This document shows, one piece after another, positions 19,837-29,025 of a stretch of DNA of 34,589 nt. Position numbers and translations under genes: made by a program. Source of the DNA: Candidatus Moraniibacteriota bacterium. Lineage in GTDB: Bacteria > Patescibacteriota > Minisyncoccia > CAIUEV01 > JAHKAQ01. The notes beneath the pieces were generated by a model. The model searched no databases. It worked only from the letters and a program-made list of their open reading frames with translations, and was not told where the DNA came from. Location of the stretch: the NCBI GenBank assembly GCA_014729445.1, contig WJJX01000111.1:1-34589 (forward strand), in the 5' to 3' direction. Position 1 is the first letter of the stretch, and every line of letters begins with the position of its first letter.

Positions 19837-21273
19837 TTATTTAACCCAGTGTTTGTTTTTTAGTTTTAAATCTTTCTCCTTTTCAATGTTTCTAATTTTA
19901 TTCAGGGCTTTTTTTCGAAGAGAGTTTATATTTTGTTGGTTTAGCTTTTTGGCTTCGCGGATTAAAAAATTTTGATTGTTGTTTTTGGGATTCTCAAGCA
20001 CTTTGGATAAAAGCACATCCAAAATAGCTCCCATTTTGGGTCCTTTTTCGACTCCGGCTTTTTGGTGAAGCAGATTTCCGTTAACGGCCAGCATTTTTAC
20101 GGAGACAGGGTCTTTGGAAACTTTGTCGATTAAGTATTCCAAATGTCTTAATTTATAGGGTTTGGCTTTGGGGCAGTCGCTTCCGAGTCTGTCGGCGATT
20201 CGAAGGTCCATTAAATCTTGGATATTTTTTCGTCCGACTTTACTTATTAATCTTCTTACGCTGCTTGGAGTGACTTTGTCGACTTCATAATAGAACATAT
20301 GGTTTTTTACAAGCAGGGAGGTGTGTTTGATAATTTTTTCGCTGTATCTTAAGCGTTTTAAAATCCGCCTGACCATTTTCGCGCTTGCATATTCATGATT
20401 ATAAAAGGTGCTTTTAGGGCCGTGGCCCCTTTTAGTTTGGGGTTTCGCGATATCATGGAATAGGGCAGCTAATCTTACGCTTAATTTTTTGCTTTTGCAG
20501 TTTCTTAGAGTATGCAGGATGTGGTCATAGACTGTTCTTTGATGGTGCAGGTTTTGTTTCACCCCCAGCGTGTTGGTGAGTTCCGGAATAATTTGTTTTA
20601 GAAGGCCGGTTTTTCTTAAAAGTTCAATGCCTTCGGCTGGAGTTTTTGATAGGATTATTTTATTAAACTCCTCTTTAATTCTTTCTTTGGATATTTTCTG
20701 TAAAAGTCCGGAATTTTTAATAATAGAGGCGTAAGTTGGGGGGTCGATTTTAAAATTAAGTTCATTGGCAAAGCGTACGGCTCGGATTAATCTTAAAGCG
20801 TCTTCTCGGAATCTTTGGTCGGGATTTTTCACCGAGCGGATGATTTGGTTTTTTAGATCGGATTGGCCTTTAAAAGGATCTATAATTTTTTTTGAAAAGG
20901 GGTCCAAAGCCATGGCGTTGATAGTAAAATCCCTTCGTTCCAAGTCCTCATTGATGTTTTTGCTGAATTTAACAGTCAGAGGATGTCTATGGTCTTTGTA
21001 GTTTTTTTCGGTTCGATAAGTTGTGATTTCGACAATTGATTTTGTTTTTCGATCCTTGATTCCCACAGTGCCGAATTTGTTTTCATAGAAACTTTCTGGA
21101 AAGATTTTTAGCATTTGATCAGGGGTCGCGTTAGTCGCGATATCCCAGTCTTTAGGTTTTTTTTCAAGCAGTATGTCTCTGACGCAGCCGCCGACTAAAT
21201 AACTCTCGAAGTCTTTTTGGCGGAGGCTTTTTAAAATATGGATGATGTGGAAGGGCGGCGTTATAAAATTCAT
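19837..21273 (-). CDS. cca: CCA-adding tRNA nucleotidyltransferase with HD domain
   Basis: YLVGGCVRD, KDWDIAT, EITTYR, DLERRDFTINAMA, RFREDALRLIR, ALFHDIAKP. Both tRNAs in the window lack an encoded CCA. Confidence 0.88.
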   Translation of the reverse strand: MNFITPPFHIIHILKSLRQKDFESYLVGGCVRDILLEKKPKDWDIATNATPDQMLKIFPESFYENKFGTVGIKDRKTKSIVEITTYRTEKNYKDHRHPLTVKFSKNINEDLERRDFTINAMALDPFSKKIIDPFKGQSDLKNQIIRSVKNPDQRFREDALRLIRAVRFANELNFKIDPPTYASIIKNSGLLQKISKERIKEEFNKIILSKTPAEGIELLRKTGLLKQIIPELTNTLGVKQNLHHQRTVYDHILHTLRNCKSKKLSVRLAALFHDIAKPQTKRGHGPKSTFYNHEYASAKMVRRILKRLRYSEKIIKHTSLLVKNHMFYYEVDKVTPSSVRRLISKVGRKNIQDLMDLRIADRLGSDCPKAKPYKLRHLEYLIDKVSKDPVSVKMLAVNGNLLHQKAGVEKGPKMGAILDVLLSKVLENPKNNNQNFLIREAKKLNQQNINSLRKKALNKIRNIEKEKDLKLKNKHWVK

Positions 21274-21281
21274 TTTTTCGC

Positions 21282-22580
21282 TTATATGATTAGGGTTTTG
21301 TCTTTCAGTGAAGGAGTGTCGACTTTTTTAAATAAAGTAGAAATTTTTTGGGTTTTAGTCAAATTAACTTTTGCTTTTTTGGGCCAGTATTTGAGTTCCA
21401 ATTTTAATTTGTTTTGATCAACGGGGGTGATTATCAAGTAAGACAGCTTGAAGTAAGGAATATATACATTCGGCAGATTGGACCAGGTTTTGATTGGCTT
21501 AAAGGTTTTTGTCCAGGAGCCGGTATTTACGATGATTTTATTTTTGTGTTTTTCCATAAAATCGGTATGGCTGTGGCCGAAAATCAGGATTTCATGTTCT
21601 TTGTTTTGGGCCAGGAAATTTTTGGCGGTTTCGTGCCAGCGGTGTCGATTAATATCGTAGTTTTTGGATTTTAGATTAATTCCATAGTCTTTTAGGCTGT
21701 TTTTTAAGTCTTTTTTTATAACTCGATAGGCTAAATAGAAAGAGAGATAAACTATCAAAAGGATTAAATTATATCCGATTACAAAATTGGTCAGATATTT
21801 TACGGGGCCCAGATAGTTGGTTATATAAAAGATATCAGGAGTTTTAATTAGATCGGTATAGGTCAAAATTGAAAAAATTAAAATGACCAGGTTAAAAATG
21901 AAGAGAATGAAAAAAGGAGTCAGTAAATAGCGTAGAAAAGGAGCCAATTCCTTATAGAAATAATTAGAAATGAACCAACCAGGCCCTATTTTATAAGGAT
22001 AGTTGAAAAAAGGAAGGTCGGCCAGCCATGGATTTTTGCAAGGATGCTTTTGAGCGTAGTTGATAATTTTTAGGATTATGTTTTTTTGAACGTGGTAGCC
22101 GTAGGGAGTATCGTTTATATCGCCAAAACGTTCTATCTTATTCGCAGAGTCGAAGCGATTGCCATGTTCAACCCAGATTTTTTTATTGTTAATAGAGATG
22201 GATAGATTTTCCTGCTGCAGTAAATTTAAATTCCATTTTTTAAATAACCGCGGATATTCTTTAAAGCATGCCAGTTCATGATCATGATTTCCAGGGATTA
22301 CGTTTATTGTGATCAGTCGCCCCACTTGTTTGATTTTTTGGAATATTTTTGGATGGGATTGAACGATGTGGTTGAATTTATCCAGCTCTTTATGCGATTG
22401 AATCTCCCAAAGATTTAAAAAATCACCGAGAATGTAGAGGGTTAGATCGTATTTTTTCGATTCTTTCTTTAGTTTGTCTAATAAAGCTATAAATTTTTTG
22501 CGGGCCGTAAAGCGGTTTAAAATCCCTTCACCGCCGATATGTAGATCCGAAATAAAGTATAATTTTTTGCCTTGGCTCAT
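21282..22580 (-). CDS. Calcineurin-like metallophosphoesterase (LpxH-like) with inserted transmembrane segment
   Basis: SDLH, LGD, GNHD, EHG, GHSH and NTGSW motifs, with two hydrophobic helices between EHG and GHSH. Confidence 0.85.
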   Translation of the reverse strand: MSQGKKLYFISDLHIGGEGILNRFTARKKFIALLDKLKKESKKYDLTLYILGDFLNLWEIQSHKELDKFNHIVQSHPKIFQKIKQVGRLITINVIPGNHDHELACFKEYPRLFKKWNLNLLQQENLSISINNKKIWVEHGNRFDSANKIERFGDINDTPYGYHVQKNIILKIINYAQKHPCKNPWLADLPFFNYPYKIGPGWFISNYFYKELAPFLRYLLTPFFILFIFNLVILIFSILTYTDLIKTPDIFYITNYLGPVKYLTNFVIGYNLILLIVYLSFYLAYRVIKKDLKNSLKDYGINLKSKNYDINRHRWHETAKNFLAQNKEHEILIFGHSHTDFMEKHKNKIIVNTGSWTKTFKPIKTWSNLPNVYIPYFKLSYLIITPVDQNKLKLELKYWPKKAKVNLTKTQKISTLFKKVDTPSLKDKTLII

Positions 22581-22585
22581 AAAAA

Positions 22586-23863
22586 TTAACTGAAATATTC
22601 TTTAATTAATTCCTGCGTAACTTCCTTATCATTCCATTTGATCAGATACTTGCCTATTTTCATGTTCTGTTCAGCGCCCTTGCCGGTTATTAAAATCACG
22701 TCGCCCTTTTTGGCAATATTTAAGCCTTTTTTGATGGCTTTTTTGCGGTCAAGGATTCGATAGGCTTTGATGAGATTTTTTTTGTTGATGCCCTGGAAGA
22801 TTTGGTTGATGATTTGTTTGGGGTTTTCTCCATAAGGATCTTCGTTAGTAACTATTGCATAGTCGGCGTATTTGGAGACAATGTTGCCCATTATGGGTCG
22901 TTTTCCCTTGTCTCTTTCTCCGCAACTGCCAAAAATCCAGATTAGTTTTTTGTTTTTTCTTCTTTTCAGCTTTGAGTGAAACAGTCGGCCCACTTTCTCC
23001 ATTGAATCCGGAGTTAGGGCATAATCGATTATTATTTCAATACCCAGTTTGTTGGGCACGGGATCCATTCTGCCGGGGATTCTTTTTAGAGTTCTAAGGG
23101 TTTGTTTAACGGTTGCTTTTTTAATTTTTAGGATTTTGGCTACCGTTATAGCGGCAAGAGCGTTTTCCACGTTAAATTTACCCGGCAGGGGGGTGCTGTA
23201 TCTGGTTTTGTCGACTACAAAGGAAGTGCCTTTTTTAAGCTTGTTAAGTTTTTCGGCCTTAATGATATGTTTTTTGTCAAGTTTTTTAATTGAGGGTTTT
23301 TTGATAGCGTAGCCGTAGATTTTATTTTCATCTCCAACAAAAAAATCCTTGGGATTTTTCATATTGAGATTTACAATGGAGAATCCGGTTTTTTTATTTT
23401 TGGCTGTCATCTTAAAGAGCTTTGTTTTGGTTTTGCGGTATTTTTCCATATTTTTATGATAGTCGAGATGTTCCCGGGTTACGTTGGTTATGACGGCCAT
23501 GTCAAACTTTGTTCCCCATACCCGGTTTTGATCCAGGGCATGGGAGGATATTTCGGCAATAACATACTTACAGCCGGCGTCAGCGCATTCTTTTAGAAAA
23601 TTTTGGAAATACAGCGCATTAGTGGTCGTAAACTTGGTATCGTTAATCCATTTTTTATCATCGATCCAAAAATTAATTGTTGAATTAATTCCCACTTTAT
23701 TTCCGGCATTTTCCAGAATTTTGCCGATCATTTGAACGGTGGTGGTTTTTCCGTTAGTTCCGGTGACGCCGATTATATAAAGTTTTCTTGATGGAAAGAA
23801 GTTTATAATGTTGGCTAAGAAAGCCACCAATAAATGGTATAGATTTTTGATTCTTCTTATCAT
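22586..23863 (-). CDS. murE: MurE-like Mur ligase (UDP-MurNAc-dipeptide amino-acid ligase)
   Basis: GVTGTNGKTTT, EISSHALDQNR, TNVTREHLDYH, FNVENALAA, IPGRM, IDYA, GSCGERDKGKRPIMG, LITGKG. Confidence 0.9.
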   Translation of the reverse strand: MIRRIKNLYHLLVAFLANIINFFPSRKLYIIGVTGTNGKTTTVQMIGKILENAGNKVGINSTINFWIDDKKWINDTKFTTTNALYFQNFLKECADAGCKYVIAEISSHALDQNRVWGTKFDMAVITNVTREHLDYHKNMEKYRKTKTKLFKMTAKNKKTGFSIVNLNMKNPKDFFVGDENKIYGYAIKKPSIKKLDKKHIIKAEKLNKLKKGTSFVVDKTRYSTPLPGKFNVENALAAITVAKILKIKKATVKQTLRTLKRIPGRMDPVPNKLGIEIIIDYALTPDSMEKVGRLFHSKLKRRKNKKLIWIFGSCGERDKGKRPIMGNIVSKYADYAIVTNEDPYGENPKQIINQIFQGINKKNLIKAYRILDRKKAIKKGLNIAKKGDVILITGKGAEQNMKIGKYLIKWNDKEVTQELIKEYFS

Positions 23864-23883
23864 AGACGTGGGGTTTTAAAAAA

Positions 23884-25062
23884 TTAAAATTGTAATTTGT
23901 CGGTTAATACGTTAAAGGTTTTTTGGGCGGCTTTTTGCCAATCAAATAATTTAGCCCGCTCTATACCTCTATTGGAAAGGACCTCCTGCTTCTTTTTGTT
24001 GGAAATTAAACTTAAAATTCTTTGAATCAGTTCATCCTCCCGATTGGGATTAAAATATTCAATAGCAGTTCTGCCGATTTCCGGGATCGCGGAAGTGCTG
24101 CCGGCAATAACGGGGCAACCGCTGGCCATGGCTTCCGCTACAGGGAGGCCAAAACCTTCATAAAGCGAAGGATAAACAAACATTTCCGCCCCCTGATAGA
24201 GAAAAGTCCTGTCCTTGTTTTTTATTTTGCCTGTCAAGACAACTTTGTCTTGAATTTCAAGCTCGGCGATTATTTTTTTTACGTCGGTTATGAGGGGATC
24301 TTTGATCTTTAAAATTTCGCCGGCCAGGACCAGCTTTCGATTGGCTAAAACATTTTTATAAGTCGCGGCAAGTCGTTTAAAAGTTTTTAAAAGCAGCTCC
24401 ACATTCTTTCTTTTTTCAAAACCGCCGATATAAAAAATATAAGGGGAGTCGATTTTAAATTTTTCTAATTTGTTTTTAATAGCCGTTTTGGAAAGTTTCA
24501 CCCGGAATTCTTCTTCAATGCCGTTATAAATAACCGAAATCCGACTGGAGGGGATTTTGAGGTATTTGATGATTTCCTTTTTTGAATATTCGGAGACGGT
24601 TATTATATGGTCTGCTTTTTTAGCAGCCTGAAAGGTTTTCTTAAAATAGATGTCTTTTCTTAAGTTGTTTGAATAGGTGCTTTCAAAAACTTTCCAAATC
24701 ATGTCATGGAGGGTTACCACATGACGAACGGTTTTAAAAACACTGGCTGAATTAAATGGGGTGAAGAAAATATCCACGTTGTCTTTAATGGCCGCTCTCG
24801 GCAGAAAGATTTTTTCCCAGCTGGCTTTTCTAAGAAGGTCGTCTCTTTTGTAAAAAACCGTTTCAACTATTTTTTTTCGGAGGTATTCGTTTTCGGGAAT
24901 AAGATCGAGATTGGTTTTCTCTTCGGCATAAAGATAATAGCTAACTTTGTTTTTGTTTGTTTTGTTTAGCTCGAGGAGACTTTTGATTATATTTAAGGAA
25001 TACTGTCCCAGTCCGGTGTTTATTTTTCTTAAAAATGAGGCATTTATACCGATTCTCAACAT
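23884..25062 (-). CDS. Glycosyltransferase family 4
   Basis: TLHD, TVSEYSK, IYNGI, RKN, YPSLYEGFGLPVAEAMASGCPV. Confidence 0.93.
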   Translation of the reverse strand: MLRIGINASFLRKINTGLGQYSLNIIKSLLELNKTNKNKVSYYLYAEEKTNLDLIPENEYLRKKIVETVFYKRDDLLRKASWEKIFLPRAAIKDNVDIFFTPFNSASVFKTVRHVVTLHDMIWKVFESTYSNNLRKDIYFKKTFQAAKKADHIITVSEYSKKEIIKYLKIPSSRISVIYNGIEEEFRVKLSKTAIKNKLEKFKIDSPYIFYIGGFEKRKNVELLLKTFKRLAATYKNVLANRKLVLAGEILKIKDPLITDVKKIIAELEIQDKVVLTGKIKNKDRTFLYQGAEMFVYPSLYEGFGLPVAEAMASGCPVIAGSTSAIPEIGRTAIEYFNPNREDELIQRILSLISNKKKQEVLSNRGIERAKLFDWQKAAQKTFNVLTDKLQF

Positions 25063-25103
25063 GCGGTTGTTTTATAAAAATTATTTAACCTTTCTATATT
25101 ATT

Positions 25104-25132
25104 AATGTATAGTCAAAAGTGTTTTTGGTCAA
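25104..25132 (-). promoter_or_regulatory. Possible sigma70 promoter for the GT4-murE-phosphoesterase-cca run
   Basis: Minus strand TTGACC (25132-25127), 17 nt, TACATT (25109-25104). Confidence 0.4.
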
Positions 25133-25223
25133 AATCAGATTAAAAATCCGTGGTTTGTCGAATTTTCATTTTGTGCTAATTGTGAATATAATGAAGATGT
25201 TTTGAAAATTTTTAGCGAAAATT

Positions 25224-26351
25224 ATGTCAAAAGAAAAAGTAATCGGTATCGACGCCAGATTTTACGGTTCAAAAAATAGGGGTTTGGGCAGATATACGAC
25301 CAAGCTGATTAAGGGTTTGGAAAAAATCGATAAGAGAAATAAATATTTTATTTATTTAACCAAAGAAAATTTTGATCTTTACAAACCCCGCAATAAAAAT
25401 TTTAAAAAAAAGCTTTTGAATATCAGATGGTATTCCTGGAAAGAACAATTAATCCTTCCTTTTTTAATTGATTGGAAAAAACTCGATTTTATTCATTTTC
25501 CTCATTTTAATGTGCCTTTGCTGACCTTTAAACCCTTTATTGTTACCATCCATGATCTGATTTTGTTAAAGTATCCGACCAGGAAAGCGACAACCTTGAA
25601 TAGGTTTTATTATTTTTTTAAAATGAGGGCCTATAAGCTGATTTTGTGGCGTACGATTATTTCTTCCGCTCAAATTATCTCGGTTTCTAAATTTACCAAG
25701 ACAGAGATTTTGAAATATTTTAGGATAAAATCCTCGAAGGCGGAAATCATTTATGAGGCTTGTTTGGACAGTCCAAAATCATGGGCTGAACTTAAAAAGT
25801 TTCGGTTGAAAAGTTCAAGTTCTCAAAAACTGTTATATGTAGGCGCCGCTTATCCGCACAAGAATTTGAAACGACTTTTGCTGGTCTTTAAAAATCTTAA
25901 AAAACGATATAAAGAGTTGGAATTGCTGATAGTTGGCGGGGATGGATATTTCTTTAAAGAAATTAAGAATTTTGTTAAGATAAAGAAGATGCAGGGGGTG
26001 GTTTTTTTAGGCCATGTAGAAAATGAAAAAGAACTAAGGAAAATATATAAAAAAGCCGATATATTTGTTTTTCCGAGTTTATATGAAGGTTTTGGACTGC
26101 CTCCTTTGGAGGCTATGCGGGAAGGCCTGCCGGTGGTTTCTTCTAATGCGGGAAGCATTAAAGAGATTTTGAAGGATGGAGCCTATTATTTTGATCCGGT
26201 CGATAGGGAGGATATGGAAAGGAAAATAAAGAGGGTTTTATCGAGTGAAAGCTTAAGGCGGAGCTTAATTAAGAAGGGGTATTTAAGGGTCCAGAAATTT
26301 TCCTGGCAGAAAATGGCCAAACAGACCTTTAAACTCTATTCAAAGATGTGA
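25224..26351 (+). CDS. Glycosyltransferase family 4
   Basis: IGIDAR, GLGRY, TIHDL, HKN, FPSLYEGFGLPPLEAM. Confidence 0.93.
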   Translation: MSKEKVIGIDARFYGSKNRGLGRYTTKLIKGLEKIDKRNKYFIYLTKENFDLYKPRNKNFKKKLLNIRWYSWKEQLILPFLIDWKKLDFIHFPHFNVPLLTFKPFIVTIHDLILLKYPTRKATTLNRFYYFFKMRAYKLILWRTIISSAQIISVSKFTKTEILKYFRIKSSKAEIIYEACLDSPKSWAELKKFRLKSSSSQKLLYVGAAYPHKNLKRLLLVFKNLKKRYKELELLIVGGDGYFFKEIKNFVKIKKMQGVVFLGHVENEKELRKIYKKADIFVFPSLYEGFGLPPLEAMREGLPVVSSNAGSIKEILKDGAYYFDPVDREDMERKIKRVLSSESLRRSLIKKGYLRVQKFSWQKMAKQTFKLYSKM

Positions 26352-26390
26352 GGATTGGAAAGGCGATTATTAGTTTGATAAAAAACAAAA

Positions 26391-29024
26391 ATGCCGCTAA
26401 AAAGAAAAAAATCAAAGATTGTTGATTTAAGCCCTAAAAATAACCTCGAGAGAGAATCGGTTTTGGATTTGCGTCAAAAAAAGAAGGAAAAGTTTAAAAA
26501 TCATTTAGTTAAACGAACGGTTCCTGTTTCCAATAAAGACGAAAGGGAAAGAAAAATAGTGGAATTTTTTCAGGACAAGGATAAAGTGCAGGAGGAAAGA
26601 AGGGCTTTATTCGATTTTTCTAAGGGCGTTTCCTCGGTTAAGAAAGCTCGAGCTGATAAAAGCGCTTCGGTTTTTTCGGCTCCAAAAGCTTCTAATTCGG
26701 CAGGTCTTCAAAAGAATTTTGATGAAGCGGGCATTGTTGATTTGAAATCTTTTAAAGACAAAAAATATGAGAGCGCAAGAAAGACGGCGATTGATTTAAA
26801 AAAAAAGAATCATCCTGTAAAAAAAAACCTAAAGCCTTGGATTCAAATTCCCAAAAGCGTCCGATCCAATCAAATAAAAAGAGAGTATAGCAAGCCGATA
26901 GACGGAGAGCCTGATTGGAAATTTCCGGTTAAGAGTAAAGAAGAGCTTTTATTCGAGGCTCAGAATGAAGAACCAATCCGAGTGGAAAAGAAGAAAAAAG
27001 AGCCCAGGACTCAATATTTAATAAATTTAAGAGAAGAGATCTTAACGCCGAGGCTTAAAAAAATATTTTCGACTTCTTTAAGTCTGGCTTTGATAATCAT
27101 TATTCTGCCTATAGCGATAATTGGGGCTAAAGTTTTACTCAATTTTGAAAAAGGAGAATCGTTAAGTTATTCCAATGAAAAGGTGGGCGTTAAAGAAGCG
27201 CAGGCTTCGATCGGCGATGCCGAAATCGGCAGAATAAAAAAATACGACGAGGTAACGGATGAAACTTATGTTAAGATTATCGAAGAATTTGAAAAAATTG
27301 AAGCTATTGTCAACTCCAAAGAGTTCGATAACGAAGTAAAAACGATTAATCAACATGAAAAGGTTGAAAGAGTTGAGAATTTTTTGGATCAGGCGGAAGA
27401 AAATATTTCAAAGTACGAAAAATTCACCTCTTCTCAAAACGAGCCCTCTTCCTTAACGATAATTCAAGAGGCTACTGATTTAAAGAAAAATCTGGCCGAA
27501 TCCAAAAATCAATTAAACGAGGCTTTATATCAGATTGACAATTTTAATTTAGACGATATTTCTCCTGCAGCTGTTGAAAAATTAAGGCAATTAAAAGAAA
27601 TTTTGCCGGATATGATTAGTCGGATTGCGGATTTGGAAAGTTACATTTCGGTAATTTTTGAATTTTTTGGGCTTAATGAGAAAAAAAAATACTTGGTCGT
27701 TTTTGAGGATAACAAAGAATTAACTGCGACAGGGGGAGCAATAGTCTCGTATGCCGTTATCGAGATGCAAAATGGAAAAGCCAAGAATATTTCTCCCAAG
27801 CAGATATACGACTTAGAGCTTTTGTATCGAGAAAAGATCATTCCCCCCAAACCTTTACAAAAAGCCATTGCCAATTGGTCTATTTACGATTCCAACTGGT
27901 GGGCGGATTTTGGAACTACCAGCGAGAAAATGGTTTGGTTTTATGAAAAGACCGGCGGCCCTCCTGTGGATGGAGTAATTGCGGTTAATGACGATTTTTT
28001 AAAGGATTTTTTGGATTTTTTGGGTGCTGTCGAGATTAGCGACGCCGGTGGGGAAAAGCTGGTTATAAACGGCGGGAATTTTTACGAATTTTTGAATGAA
28101 GAATCGGCGCTAAAGTATAAGAACGAGATTGAAAAAAAACATCAGAGTGTTTTGCCCAAGCTATTTGAGGAGATTATTAACCGTTGCGGCGAACTGGATT
28201 TTTCTTATTGGGATAGAATTTCCCAAAAGATGAAAGTCAATATTTTAGCTAAAAATATTTTGTTAAATTCTTTTGATCAAAAAATCAAAGGAACTTTGTC
28301 CTTCCTGGGCCTGAACGGTTCCTTATATGAAACAAGAAGGGATTATTTGAGTGTGATAACCAGCAATATTAACGATATTGAGGAAAAGATTGAGATAAAA
28401 GAGGAAATTATTCATGAAGCCCAAGTTCAGATAGACGGCACAATCCTAAACACGGTTACTTTAAAAAAGCGTTTTCTAAATCCGGAATCCATGCTGGAAA
28501 ATTATGACGAGCCTTTTACGGACTGGATTAGATTTTATGTTCCTGAGGGAAGTCAGCTTGTTTCTCAAAAAGGATTTGCCAACGGCAATTTCGAACCTTT
28601 AATAGATTATGAGAAATTGGGATATAAAGAGGATATAAGCATCAGTCAAACTCGCCGAAACTCCCATATTGATCCGGAAACTAAGATGATGATTTACGAA
28701 GAGAACGGTAAAACGGTTTTTGCCAATTGGGTTCATTATAGCCCCCAGGAAGAGGCCGAGGTTCAAATTACGTATTTGCTTCCCTTTAGCTTGAACTTAA
28801 ATAAGGAAGAGGAAGAGCCGGTTGCCGATTTGTATAGTTTATTTGTTCAAAAACAGCCGGGCAACAATAATGTGGAGCTTCAGACAAAACTTTCCGGTTT
28901 GTCGGATTATGCCTATGTTTACCATTACCCGAATGAACTTGTTTTAAGCAGGGCTGGTTGGGAGATTAAGCAGAATTTATTGGAGGATAAGTTTTATGCG
29001 ATTGTTGTTAAAAAAGAAGATTGA
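26391..29024 (+). CDS. DUF4012-domain membrane protein
   Basis: Lys-rich N-terminus, TM helix, coiled coil, then KKYLVVFEDNKELTATGGAI, DSNWWADF, VDGVIAV, WIRFYVPEGS, YSLFVQKQPG, matching the DUF4012 pattern. Confidence 0.8.
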   Translation: MPLKRKKSKIVDLSPKNNLERESVLDLRQKKKEKFKNHLVKRTVPVSNKDERERKIVEFFQDKDKVQEERRALFDFSKGVSSVKKARADKSASVFSAPKASNSAGLQKNFDEAGIVDLKSFKDKKYESARKTAIDLKKKNHPVKKNLKPWIQIPKSVRSNQIKREYSKPIDGEPDWKFPVKSKEELLFEAQNEEPIRVEKKKKEPRTQYLINLREEILTPRLKKIFSTSLSLALIIIILPIAIIGAKVLLNFEKGESLSYSNEKVGVKEAQASIGDAEIGRIKKYDEVTDETYVKIIEEFEKIEAIVNSKEFDNEVKTINQHEKVERVENFLDQAEENISKYEKFTSSQNEPSSLTIIQEATDLKKNLAESKNQLNEALYQIDNFNLDDISPAAVEKLRQLKEILPDMISRIADLESYISVIFEFFGLNEKKKYLVVFEDNKELTATGGAIVSYAVIEMQNGKAKNISPKQIYDLELLYREKIIPPKPLQKAIANWSIYDSNWWADFGTTSEKMVWFYEKTGGPPVDGVIAVNDDFLKDFLDFLGAVEISDAGGEKLVINGGNFYEFLNEESALKYKNEIEKKHQSVLPKLFEEIINRCGELDFSYWDRISQKMKVNILAKNILLNSFDQKIKGTLSFLGLNGSLYETRRDYLSVITSNINDIEEKIEIKEEIIHEAQVQIDGTILNTVTLKKRFLNPESMLENYDEPFTDWIRFYVPEGSQLVSQKGFANGNFEPLIDYEKLGYKEDISISQTRRNSHIDPETKMMIYEENGKTVFANWVHYSPQEEAEVQITYLLPFSLNLNKEEEEPVADLYSLFVQKQPGNNNVELQTKLSGLSDYAYVYHYPNELVLSRAGWEIKQNLLEDKFYAIVVKKED

Positions 29025-29025
29025 T

